NCBI GenBank assembly: GCA_020635235.1
Contig: JACKAF010000001.1
Coordinates: 92,743 to 156,742 of the forward strand
Length of the DNA stretch: 64,000 nucleotides
Direction of reading: 5' to 3'
DNA from: Pseudobdellovibrionaceae bacterium
Lineage (GTDB): Bacteria; Bdellovibrionota; FAC87; UBA2466; JACKAF01
Below the pieces are notes generated by a model that searched no databases, was not told the DNA's origin, and was given only the letters and a program-made list of their open reading frames with translations. The position numbers and the translations under genes are program-made. Every line of letters begins with the position of its first letter. The first letter of the stretch is position 1. Positions 49,679 through 57,762 of this stretch are shown here, piece by piece.

Positions 49679-50674
49679 CTAGGTGACTGCTACTTCGTTC
49701 ACCAGTGGCCTGCCCGCCTCGTAGTCGGCGATATTGTTGAGCGTGGTATGGGCGATATTCGCCAACGCTTCTCGAGTCAGAAAACCCTGATGTGAGGTAA
49801 TCAACACATTGGGAAAAGTAAGCAGCCGTGCCAACTGATCGTCCTGCAGAATGTGCTCCGAAAGATCCTGAAAGAATATCTTCTCTTCCTCTTCATAAAC
49901 ATCCAAACCGGCACCGCCCAGATGTTCGGCCTTGAGCGCCTGTATCAGGGCTTTCGTGTCAATAAGGGCTCCCCTGCCCGTATTAATCAGCACCACGCCC
50001 TTTTTCATCTGGGAAATCGCTGCAGCATCCACAAGGTGTTTGGTTTCGGCATTCAGAGGAATATGCAGCGAAATAACGTCCGAAGTCTGGAAAAGGTTAT
50101 TCAGCTCCAAATAAGTGACGCCCTTTTTTTCCAAGTCGGCGTCTTTTTTGAGGTCATACGCCACAACCTGGCAACCAAAGCCCAACATTATCTGGCAAAA
50201 GACGCGCCCAATTTTTCCAGTTCCGATTACACCTACAGTCTTTCCATGAAGATCGAAACCAACCAAACCATCGAGCGAAAAATTCATCTCGCGGACACGA
50301 TTGTAGGCCCGGTGTACCTTCCTATCTAGAGAGAGCAACAAGCAGGTCGCGTGCTCTGCAACGGAGTAGGGTGAGTACTCCGGAACGCGAACCACCCGTA
50401 GACCAAGCTCTTTTGCTGCCGATAAATCCACATGATTGAAGCCAGCACTACGAAGAGCAACGAGCTCTACTCCACAGTTCTTCAAGTCTTCCAGAGTAGT
50501 GCGGTTTAGCCGGTCGTTCGCAAACGCACAAACGGCGGGAAATCCCTTCGCTAAAACCGCGGTCTCCTCTGTAAGGCGGGGTTCGACAAAGTGTAGATCA
50601 TGCCCAAAGTCTCTGTTTGCCAGCTCAAAAGACTGCCTCTCGAAACGATGGGTATCAAACATCAGAAACTTCAT
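49679..50674 (-). CDS. ldhA: D-lactate / D-2-hydroxyacid dehydrogenase
   Basis: LRSAGFNHVD, RVPEYSP.SVAEH, GTGKIG, NTGRG, DVYEEE, TSHQGF; start moved to ATG 50674. Confidence 0.9.
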   Translation of the reverse strand: MKFLMFDTHRFERQSFELANRDFGHDLHFVEPRLTEETAVLAKGFPAVCAFANDRLNRTTLEDLKNCGVELVALRSAGFNHVDLSAAKELGLRVVRVPEYSPYSVAEHATCLLLSLDRKVHRAYNRVREMNFSLDGLVGFDLHGKTVGVIGTGKIGRVFCQIMLGFGCQVVAYDLKKDADLEKKGVTYLELNNLFQTSDVISLHIPLNAETKHLVDAAAISQMKKGVVLINTGRGALIDTKALIQALKAEHLGGAGLDVYEEEEKIFFQDLSEHILQDDQLARLLTFPNVLITSHQGFLTREALANIAHTTLNNIADYEAGRPLVNEVAVT

Positions 50675-50805
50675 CCAGAAATCCTTTCTCTTAGGTAGAT
50701 CTAGGACGAGAGCAAAAAAAACGCAACACAACGCCTTCAACACCTCTGTAGTCAATTTCGCGACAATCCGCTAAACTATTTGAACCACACGAAAAAGGCC
50801 CAATA

Positions 50806-52119
50806 TTGTTCCTGGCGATCCTGATAGCGATTTTTGCAATACCCATCTATTCTTGGGGTGACGCGCCCACCGTCATTTCGATCAATTTCTCCCCTACCGA
50901 TAAAGAGATTACTGAGGATGTAAAAAAGATGCGTGAAACTCTCAGTGGTTGCGGGTTCAACGTTGAGAAAATAGACGCTAGTTCCAACACCGCAATTGAT
51001 ACGCAACTGGATGCCATTGACGCCGCCAAGCGCGCAAAGAACACCGTGGTTTTTCTGGATTCTCATGGCGAGACCTTTGATCCTGTTACGGGCGCCAACG
51101 CTAAGGACAACGGCGACTTCGTCGGGCACTTCAATTGGGATCATTGGCTTTGCGAAAAAGGAGACGTTGCGAGCAAGGTCTGCGAAACGGATACCGTACT
51201 GAAAACCCTGGCGGCTCGAATAAAGACGCCGCAGGTCTGGTTGGATGCCTGCTTCTCCGGCCAGTGCCGCTACTGCTTACCCTCAGAGGCCGGTCTAGCG
51301 ATGTCTTGCACAGAGCGCCAAGAGTCAACCAAGGTATCAAAAGCAAAACATGAAGTAGTGAAATTGATGTGCGCGTCCATTGATTCCAACAAATGCAAAG
51401 AGTGGTGGGCCGCCGACAAAAACCAAGACGGGCATCTCACTCCAGAGGAGCTTCAAGTCTATTTGGATGGAGTTCTAGGTTTATCTCGGAAATCCAACCC
51501 ATTTAAGAAGAATATGACCTCAGAGTACAAGAAGTCAGACTTAAAAAATATATCGGGTTTCAAGGACCAATGCGACAAGCTTAAGGGGAAGTTTTCATCG
51601 AAAACCCCCAAAGTATTTGAGCTACACTGCAAGAAGGTAGTCGGGGACAAGAAACCTGAGGATGCAAAGACAACCGACTGCAGTTGGGATGTTCTCAAGT
51701 ACTTTTTAGAAGGGGAAGACTTTACTTCCAAAAAGAAGATCCAAGAAAAGATCAAGACGGATATCGCAGGCCCGCAAAAGATAGTGAGTAACGACCTGAA
51801 AGAGGTCTTGGAGTGGCCGAGTCTTTGCGGTACACGAATTGAAACCTTGAGCGACGGTACAAGCTTCAACATTCGATACAGGGACTGCGAAGTGGTGCGA
51901 TTAAGCGAGAAAGAGCTGACCTACGTGAGCTGTGAGTATACAGAAAAAACAACCCAGGATGCCAAGGCCAAGACCCCAACTTCCAAAGTCGGTAAAATAG
52001 TCGAAGAGACTGTCGTTCCCCTTCCCGGCAATTTTAATCTCTATTCTAATGTATGCGGGGTTGCGAAATTGGAACCGGTACCGAAACTGCCACCAACCGA
52101 CCCAAAGGAACCACATTAG
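50806..52119 (+). CDS. Secreted caspase-like (clan CD) cysteine protease with Cys/Lys-rich C-terminal extension
   Basis: Signal peptide, VVFLDSHG and WLDACFSG dyad motifs, ADKNQDGHLTPEELQVYL. Confidence 0.6.
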   Translation: MFLAILIAIFAIPIYSWGDAPTVISINFSPTDKEITEDVKKMRETLSGCGFNVEKIDASSNTAIDTQLDAIDAAKRAKNTVVFLDSHGETFDPVTGANAKDNGDFVGHFNWDHWLCEKGDVASKVCETDTVLKTLAARIKTPQVWLDACFSGQCRYCLPSEAGLAMSCTERQESTKVSKAKHEVVKLMCASIDSNKCKEWWAADKNQDGHLTPEELQVYLDGVLGLSRKSNPFKKNMTSEYKKSDLKNISGFKDQCDKLKGKFSSKTPKVFELHCKKVVGDKKPEDAKTTDCSWDVLKYFLEGEDFTSKKKIQEKIKTDIAGPQKIVSNDLKEVLEWPSLCGTRIETLSDGTSFNIRYRDCEVVRLSEKELTYVSCEYTEKTTQDAKAKTPTSKVGKIVEETVVPLPGNFNLYSNVCGVAKLEPVPKLPPTDPKEPH

Positions 52120-52130
52120 AGCGCAAGAAC

Positions 52131-52883
52131 CTAGCGCTCAAAAAAGAACCACTTGCGCCGGACGCGAGCTCCATAGCTCAAACCAAATTTGCGCAGGCCT
52201 GCGCGTTTTACAAGCGCCGCTACTTCTTCAGGAGAGTCGCTTACAATAAAGCGATCGTAGTCGCGCTCCGAAATCGTGCCCATCTTTACCAGTCGTTGCT
52301 TCATGAACTCAAGAAAGGGCGTCCAATATTCGCGCCCCATTAGAATCACCGGGAAGCCGCGCACCTTGCCGGTTTGAACCAGGGTCGCAATTTCAAAAAG
52401 CTCATCCATGGTGCCGTAGCCACCAGGTAGAGCAACAAAGGCGTAGGAGTATTTAACGAGCATCAACTTGCGAATGAAAAAGTGGCGAAACTCCATGCAC
52501 AGATCCAAGTACGGATTGGGTTGCTGCTCTTCAGGAAGAACAATATTGCAGCCAACGGAATAGCCCCCAGCTTCCTGGGCGCCGCGGTTTGCAGCTTCCA
52601 TTAGGCCTGGCCCGCCTCCAGTCATAACAGTAAACCCCGATCGCGCGAGCTCCGCCCCGAGCTGCCTGCCCATCTCATAATAGGTATTCCCGTCGTTCAG
52701 TCTGGCGGAGCCGAAAACAGTGACACAGGGTCCGACAAAGTGAAGTTTTCTGAACCCACGTAAAAGTTCGAAAAAGATTCGGAAGGCGCGCTGAAGCTCT
52801 TTCCACCGGGTTTGAGCACCACGCAAAAAGAGCCGTTCGTTTTGTACGTCTTTCTGCCGGCGTGTGGGTTTCGGTAGCGTCAT
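52131..52883 (-). CDS. TIGR00730 LOG-family Rossmann-fold protein
   Basis: VTVFGSAR, TGGGPGLMEAANRGA, RKLMLV, PGGYGTMDELFE. Confidence 0.9.
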   Translation of the reverse strand: MTLPKPTRRQKDVQNERLFLRGAQTRWKELQRAFRIFFELLRGFRKLHFVGPCVTVFGSARLNDGNTYYEMGRQLGAELARSGFTVMTGGGPGLMEAANRGAQEAGGYSVGCNIVLPEEQQPNPYLDLCMEFRHFFIRKLMLVKYSYAFVALPGGYGTMDELFEIATLVQTGKVRGFPVILMGREYWTPFLEFMKQRLVKMGTISERDYDRFIVSDSPEEVAALVKRAGLRKFGLSYGARVRRKWFFFER

Positions 52884-52954
52884 GGTCTGTTATCAAATAA
52901 TACATTCAATGCGAATTATTCAGCAACAAAGCAAATTTCGGCTATCATGGGAGC

Positions 52955-53842
52955 GTGGCAACTCCGCTTCCATCACGACTCAACGCAGTTTTGAACGGCC
53001 TTGTGGGCGATAAACTTGAAAGCCAAAACAACAGGCTCGCCATCAAAATGGCGTTTCGCGAGAACGGAAAGGATGTTGCTGTTCAGGATCTGGACCTTCG
53101 GGAACATGATTGGGTTATCTACGTTCACGGCTTGATGGCTGACGAAGCAATCTGGAACGGGTTCGCACCCAAACTCGGCAAACGTTATTCAATCCTTCAC
53201 CTTCGCTATAATACTGGACGCCATATCTCCGAGAACGGAAAATCCCTGAGCGAGTTGATGGAAGAACTCGTTCGCCGTCGTTCCCCGAGGAAGATCATTT
53301 TGATTGGGCATTCGATGGGCGGGCTTGTGATTCGAAGTGCCTGCCACTATGGCAAACTCGCGCGTTGTGCTTGGGTAGGCAAGGTCAAAACCATTTTCCT
53401 TATCGCAGTGCCTAATTATGGAGCGGCCCTTGAGCAGATTGGCCACATCTCCACTATCGCTCTGAAAGCTATTGCAGGATTTTACGTTGGACATATTGGC
53501 GCGCTTATCGAGCAGCGGAGCAACGGTATCAAAGACCTCCGCCACGGAGCTATGGTGGATGAAGACTGGAAGTACGGCGAACCCGCCATATTTAGCTACG
53601 ATAAACATACTCCGGTGCCACCACTTCCTGGAGTCCACTACCACATTCTCGTTGGCAATCTTTCCAAGGAAGAAGACTCACTTATGGCGAAGTACTTTGG
53701 CGACGGTTTGGTAACACCCGCAAGCGCCATTGCAGAAACCCTTCTTCGGGTTTCAACCGTAAAGATTTTCCCGCAGACAGGACACAACTCCATCTTGCGT
53801 AGCAGGAAAGTCCACAACTACGTCCAAAAACAAATTCTGTGA
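52955..53842 (+). CDS. Lipase-like alpha/beta hydrolase (PGAP1-like)
   Basis: VHGLM, RYNTG.HIS.NG, GHSMGG, GDGLV..ASA, HNSIL. Confidence 0.8.
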   Translation: MATPLPSRLNAVLNGLVGDKLESQNNRLAIKMAFRENGKDVAVQDLDLREHDWVIYVHGLMADEAIWNGFAPKLGKRYSILHLRYNTGRHISENGKSLSELMEELVRRRSPRKIILIGHSMGGLVIRSACHYGKLARCAWVGKVKTIFLIAVPNYGAALEQIGHISTIALKAIAGFYVGHIGALIEQRSNGIKDLRHGAMVDEDWKYGEPAIFSYDKHTPVPPLPGVHYHILVGNLSKEEDSLMAKYFGDGLVTPASAIAETLLRVSTVKIFPQTGHNSILRSRKVHNYVQKQIL

Positions 53843-53854
53843 ATCAGCTCCGAT

Positions 53855-54247
53855 TCATAGGGGCAACGGAACCGCCGCCCTCTCTCCCACAAAAACCAGG
53901 TTGTGATGTTCTGCAATCGAGTGCAACCTATCGGCGCGCTGTTTCGCATGGCTCTTGTGGTGTTTCATTTTGTCTTTATGGCGCTTGAGCTGACGTCTTA
54001 ATTTCTCCGTCATTTGGTTAACTGCACCGTACAGACTCGGTGCCTTGACCTCCGCGTGGAGATCCGTGCCATAGGCGCCCAGAACGTCACAATGAGCGAC
54101 GCTGTCGCGCCGTCGCCTCGAAAATGTGACGTGAATCATAGGAGCTTTTTTGGTGAGCTTACCGACCACTCCAAGAAGCTTTTCTTCGGTGTACTGGCAT
54201 AGAGCGGGCGATGGATCGAGTTGATGAAATGCAAAACGTATAGACAT
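53855..54247 (-). CDS. hpf: Ribosome hibernation factor HPF/RaiA (short form)
   Basis: S.AL..Y.EEKL, LHAE.....LYGAV.....KL.RQL.RHK.K; GGGGG RBS. Confidence 0.8.
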   Translation of the reverse strand: MSIRFAFHQLDPSPALCQYTEEKLLGVVGKLTKKAPMIHVTFSRRRRDSVAHCDVLGAYGTDLHAEVKAPSLYGAVNQMTEKLRRQLKRHKDKMKHHKSHAKQRADRLHSIAEHHNLVFVGERAAVPLPL

Positions 54248-54311
54248 GAGTTTCCCCCTTCTTTCTCGTGGTTAACGTTGCTGATGTTCGGTGGTTTTCC
54301 GATTTGGAGAA

Positions 54312-54353
54312 GTTTGGGAAGAAAACCGGTTTTACCCAGATTTCTTCCCAAAC
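54312..54353. repeat. 13-bp perfect inverted repeat in the hpf leader
   Basis: GTTTGGGAAGAAA-N16-TTTCTTCCCAAAC. Confidence 0.85.
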
Positions 54354-54402
54354 CTTTAACTTTCGCGTTTTAGCGATCCAGTCAGGCACTAGTAATTGGA
54401 GG

Positions 54403-54418
54403 AGCAACTTGTGTGCCA
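54403..54418 (-). promoter_or_regulatory. sigma54 promoter TGGCACACAAGTTGCT driving hpf
   Basis: TGGCAC-N5-TTGC consensus match, predicted TSS ~54392. Confidence 0.7.
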
Positions 54419-54572
54419 GTTCGCATTGTTGTCTTTCGTGCCTGACATACCTACGGGCGCGAACTGGATGGGGATAGGATGTAACGAAATGGGACGAACT
54501 AAGGAGTTTTGGATAAGTTGTTTAAGTAATTTAAGAAACTGTTTTGCGCCCATGTGTAAATCCTCCCCGAAG

Positions 54573-54611
54573 CGCCTCAATGCCGCCTCTATACTGAAAG
54601 ACGCCTCAATG
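54573..54611. repeat. 10-bp direct repeat CGCCTCAATG x2 (period 29), candidate activator site
   Basis: Copies at 54573 and 54602, between two divergent sigma54 promoters. Confidence 0.5.
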
Positions 54612-54676
54612 TACCGATTTGTTCCAAAGTTATTTCATTCTGTTTCAGTTTCCACAAACGAAGCCCAAAAAAGTAC

Positions 54677-54692
54677 TGGCACCGCTCTTGCT
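54677..54692 (+). promoter_or_regulatory. sigma54 promoter TGGCACCGCTCTTGCT
   Basis: TGGCAC-N5-TTGC consensus match; AGGAGG RBS and ATG 54730 downstream. Confidence 0.75.
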
Positions 54693-54729
54693 TATTAATG
54701 GGGTGAAAAGCAAAAAAGGAGGCTTGGGT

Positions 54730-54972
54730 ATGGCTATCAATTCAAGGAATGCGGCCGTCCATTCATGGGAGTGTATTGGCCTCGACGCAGACGAGCGCCA
54801 AATGGCGGAGGAGCTTGTCGAGAAAACCCCCAAGCCCTCGGCAGAGCGCTTTGATCTCCACTACAGAAAGAAAAGATCCAGTAAACAACCCGATGATGGC
54901 TACGACCTCTACGCGGCACACGACAGCCACAGGTGGAGCCCGGTCACCCATTACCTAGAGCCTTACCTCTAA
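54730..54972 (+). CDS. 80-aa hypothetical cytoplasmic protein
   Basis: AAAGGAGG RBS 7 nt before ATG 54730, sigma54 promoter upstream. Confidence 0.7.
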   Translation: MAINSRNAAVHSWECIGLDADERQMAEELVEKTPKPSAERFDLHYRKKRSSKQPDDGYDLYAAHDSHRWSPVTHYLEPYL

Positions 54973-55037
54973 TATAGAGCTGACGGCGGCAACCCACCTT
55001 GTGAAAGCACGATTGAAAATCCCTGCCCGAAATAAGG

Positions 55038-55065
55038 TTGATCTCCAACCGGATTCATTTATTAT
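55038..55065 (+). promoter_or_regulatory. Stable-RNA-type sigma70 promoter TTGATC-N16-TATTAT
   Basis: Followed by GGGGCGC discriminator; tRNA-Arg downstream. Confidence 0.55.
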
Positions 55066-55090
55066 GGGGCGCTTCTATTGGTTCTTATGG

Positions 55091-55164
55091 GCGCCCGTAG
55101 CTCAGCTGGATAGAGCGGCAGACTACGAATCTGTAGGTCGGAGGTTCGACTCCTTCCGGGCGCG
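55091..55164 (+). tRNA. tRNA-Arg (ACG), CCA not encoded
   Basis: GCGCCCG/CGGGCGC acceptor, GCAGA-CTACGAA-TCTGT anticodon arm, GGTTCGACT. Confidence 0.95.
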
Positions 55165-55198
55165 CTTTTCCCTCCTAAGCAGTGACAATTATTGCACC

Positions 55199-55227
55199 TT
55201 GACACACCGAGTCAAATCCCTTAAAAC
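55199..55227 (+). promoter_or_regulatory. sigma70-like promoter TTGACA-N17-TAAAAC
   Basis: Perfect -35 and 17-nt spacer upstream of lipoprotein 55297. Confidence 0.45.
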
Positions 55228-55296
55228 ACGGTTTCATTAATTTTCTCTCGTTAGAAGCAGTAATTTTAATTTGGGCCGACTTTTTGGAGGAAACAC

Positions 55297-56619
55297 ATGA
55301 AGTTTCAGTTGGTTATGGGTGTTCTTGTCCTGAGTGTTCTACTTTCTGCCTGCGCTAAAAAGCGCCCGCTGCCCCCTCGTGGGAAGCGGATTGGAACCGT
55401 TTCGGTAGGCGAGGACTTCCGCAACTATATGGTTGGCCGTGAAATCACACCTGACCACTGCATGATGCTCGTCGAGATGACTGATAGCAAAGACGTCGTG
55501 CTCGAGATTTCAGCGCCTGGTTGCCCGGACAACAACTCCCTCGCGGCCGCCCCTATCGCCTCTCTCAAATTGTGGAGCGGTTGGATTCAGGTGGGCGATG
55601 AATATTCCACCCTTCTAATGGCCGGCAACTCCTCCATTTCCGCCGAAAATGTACCCGTTGGTGTGATTACTGATATCAACGATCAAAAAGATGAAGACGA
55701 TTTGATGCGCTTAGATTCCCTTTGCGTAGGCAACACCTTCATGCGCATGGATCTTTCCAAGAATTGCCACATTGAAGTTAATGGCGACATGACGATCGCC
55801 AAGATCGAGCTCAATAAAGGCAACACGCTCCAATCCATCCTCCTTGCCCGTGCAAACGGTACGGACGATGCAGTGGATGCAGTTTCCAAACGCGTAACGA
55901 AGTTGGATGGCAAACTCGACACCATCAAAACAGCCCTCGAAGAATCCATCAAGGATTTGAGCGACAAGACAGAGCAGGGCTTCAAAGACGTGGCAACAAA
56001 ACTTACCGCTATCGAAAAAGATTTCGCTGAAAAATTGACCGCACTTGAAAAGTCGGTGAAGGAAGATGCGGCAAAAGAGCGCACCAAGCTCGAAACCAAG
56101 ATCCTCGGTGAGGTCCAAACCAAGCTTGATGATCTCGCCAAAACCCTCCGCAAGGAAAACAAAGACGGCGAAGCCGCGGTTGTGGATTCCCTGACCAAGG
56201 ACTTTGGCAAGAAGATGGACGACCTCAAAACGCTCATTGCCAAGGACATGGACAAGAAGCTTGAAGACCTAAAGAAGAAAGCTTCTGACGATGACAAGTC
56301 TACCGTAGAGGCTCTCCAGAAGGAAAATGCTACCAAGATCGCAGCAGCAGTAGACGCTGCAAAGAAAGAGCTTTCTAAGTTGCTTGAAGACCTCACCACC
56401 AAGTTGAACACGAAGGGAATGGAAGTCGACAAGATTAAGGAAGACGTAGCAAAGAAGATTTCAGACGCTAACAAAGCTCAGGATGAAAAAATCGAAGCGG
56501 CGAAGAAAGCCATCGATAAATCGACTGAGGACCTCAAGAAGCAGCTCGACGACCTGAAAAAGAAGGTCGACGATGGTAACCAGGAATCGGCTGAAGAGCC
56601 TTCCTCCTCGGAAGAATAG
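55297..56619 (+). CDS. Lipoprotein with Cys-containing globular N-domain and long amphipathic/coiled-coil (apolipoprotein-like) C-terminus
   Basis: GGAGG RBS, lipobox LSAC, ~230 aa Lys/Asp/Glu/Ala helical region. Confidence 0.75.
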   Translation: MKFQLVMGVLVLSVLLSACAKKRPLPPRGKRIGTVSVGEDFRNYMVGREITPDHCMMLVEMTDSKDVVLEISAPGCPDNNSLAAAPIASLKLWSGWIQVGDEYSTLLMAGNSSISAENVPVGVITDINDQKDEDDLMRLDSLCVGNTFMRMDLSKNCHIEVNGDMTIAKIELNKGNTLQSILLARANGTDDAVDAVSKRVTKLDGKLDTIKTALEESIKDLSDKTEQGFKDVATKLTAIEKDFAEKLTALEKSVKEDAAKERTKLETKILGEVQTKLDDLAKTLRKENKDGEAAVVDSLTKDFGKKMDDLKTLIAKDMDKKLEDLKKKASDDDKSTVEALQKENATKIAAAVDAAKKELSKLLEDLTTKLNTKGMEVDKIKEDVAKKISDANKAQDEKIEAAKKAIDKSTEDLKKQLDDLKKKVDDGNQESAEEPSSSEE

Positions 56620-56653
56620 TCACCGTAGCAATTAGACTTAGAGGAATACTGTC

Positions 56654-57751
56654 ATGAAATACTCAGTCTCAAAAGCCTTAGCTATCCTGATGCTAGTACC
56701 GGCGCTCTCGTTTTGGACCGCATGCACGCGTTCCAAACCTGAGCCCAAAGCCGAAGTCCCTGTTGCGGAAAACACGGCACCGGTCGAGCAAGCAACGGAA
56801 GCGGCTCCCAGCGAGCCAGCTCCTGTCGCGAGCAATGAAGTCCCGGCGGTTGAAAAAACGCCGGTACCGGTCGTCAAACCCGCACAAAAGCCGGTCATTG
56901 CAAGACGTCCGAGCCCTCTTAAGCCGATTCCGGTTGTTTCCAAGCCGAAGTCGCTGAAGTTTGCACCGATGCCCATAGTCGGAACAAGCTCCATGGAAGC
57001 TTCCGTACCGAAGACCGGACTCGCGTTCTTCATCGGAGCGGGACACAGGTTCGGTACGCAGATTTCCGATCGCACATTCACCGAGATGGAGCTTCAAGCT
57101 AGCTACCTCTTTGAGAATGGCGCTGAGATCGGCGTCCTCCAAACGGCGAAGAAGCTCTATGACATTGCGCCGGTAGGTGAAAAAGAACTTCTGCTGGATG
57201 ACACGGTTTTGTTCTGGCGCTCCAATGCCATGAACGGGCCTTTGGGTACGTCGCTCAAAGTTACCGCTGGCGTCACGATCCCGGTTTCTGAACAGTCCGG
57301 CGATCGCCAGACGATCACGCGTCCGAGCATTGCTTTGACTGCAAGCAAAAAGGTAACTGACAAACTAGAGATTTCTGTCACCCCGTACGTCCAGTACCAT
57401 TTTAATCGATTCGTCTCGGGCCCTGACAGGGTTCCGTCCCCGCTCGTTGCGGTGGGTGCGATCACCAAGGCAGAGTTCCATGTGGTACCCAACGCGATTA
57501 AGCTTGTCGGCTGGGATCGCATCGGTGGCCAGTTCTATGAAGAGTTTGATGACCGCTCGGTAGCGCCTCCGGCATCTACTTTGTCGAACTTTGGAGCGTA
57601 TTTGGATTTCCTAATTTCAGACAGCCTCTCATTGCAGGCAGGCTGGCTTCGTGGAAACTCTCTGCCGAATGACGGTCTAAACACCGGCAACCAGAACTTC
57701 TACGATCCGGAAAGCCACCGCTTCTACGCATCCATTGGGATTCGTTTCTAA
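56654..57751 (+). CDS. Putative lipoprotein with Pro-rich linker and C-terminal OM beta-barrel
   Basis: GAGG RBS, ...FWTAC lipobox-like, amphipathic strands, C-terminal YASIGIRF. Confidence 0.55.
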   Translation: MKYSVSKALAILMLVPALSFWTACTRSKPEPKAEVPVAENTAPVEQATEAAPSEPAPVASNEVPAVEKTPVPVVKPAQKPVIARRPSPLKPIPVVSKPKSLKFAPMPIVGTSSMEASVPKTGLAFFIGAGHRFGTQISDRTFTEMELQASYLFENGAEIGVLQTAKKLYDIAPVGEKELLLDDTVLFWRSNAMNGPLGTSLKVTAGVTIPVSEQSGDRQTITRPSIALTASKKVTDKLEISVTPYVQYHFNRFVSGPDRVPSPLVAVGAITKAEFHVVPNAIKLVGWDRIGGQFYEEFDDRSVAPPASTLSNFGAYLDFLISDSLSLQAGWLRGNSLPNDGLNTGNQNFYDPESHRFYASIGIRF

Positions 57752-57762
57752 GAAAGATTTGG

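Noticed and set aside
52131-52883. LOG + caspase as an anti-phage SLOG-caspase system
   Set aside because: Genes are convergent, the LOG is a standard TIGR00730 protein, and the protease has a signal peptide, unlike cytoplasmic defence effectors.
54396-54698. ~95-100-aa ORF with GGAGGAG before GTG 54411
   Set aside because: Runs across both sigma54 promoters and the candidate enhancer; composition is not protein-like. Not excluded without ribosome profiling.
46500-55164. Genomic island between tRNA-Ser(GCT) and tRNA-Arg
   Set aside because: No integrase or distal att copy seen; the region holds ordinary metabolic genes (mscS, ldhA, LOG, hpf).
55683-56474. 263-aa antisense ORF
   Set aside because: Ser/Phe/Leu-rich mirror of the Lys/Glu/Asp-rich sense gene; typical shadow ORF, no RBS.
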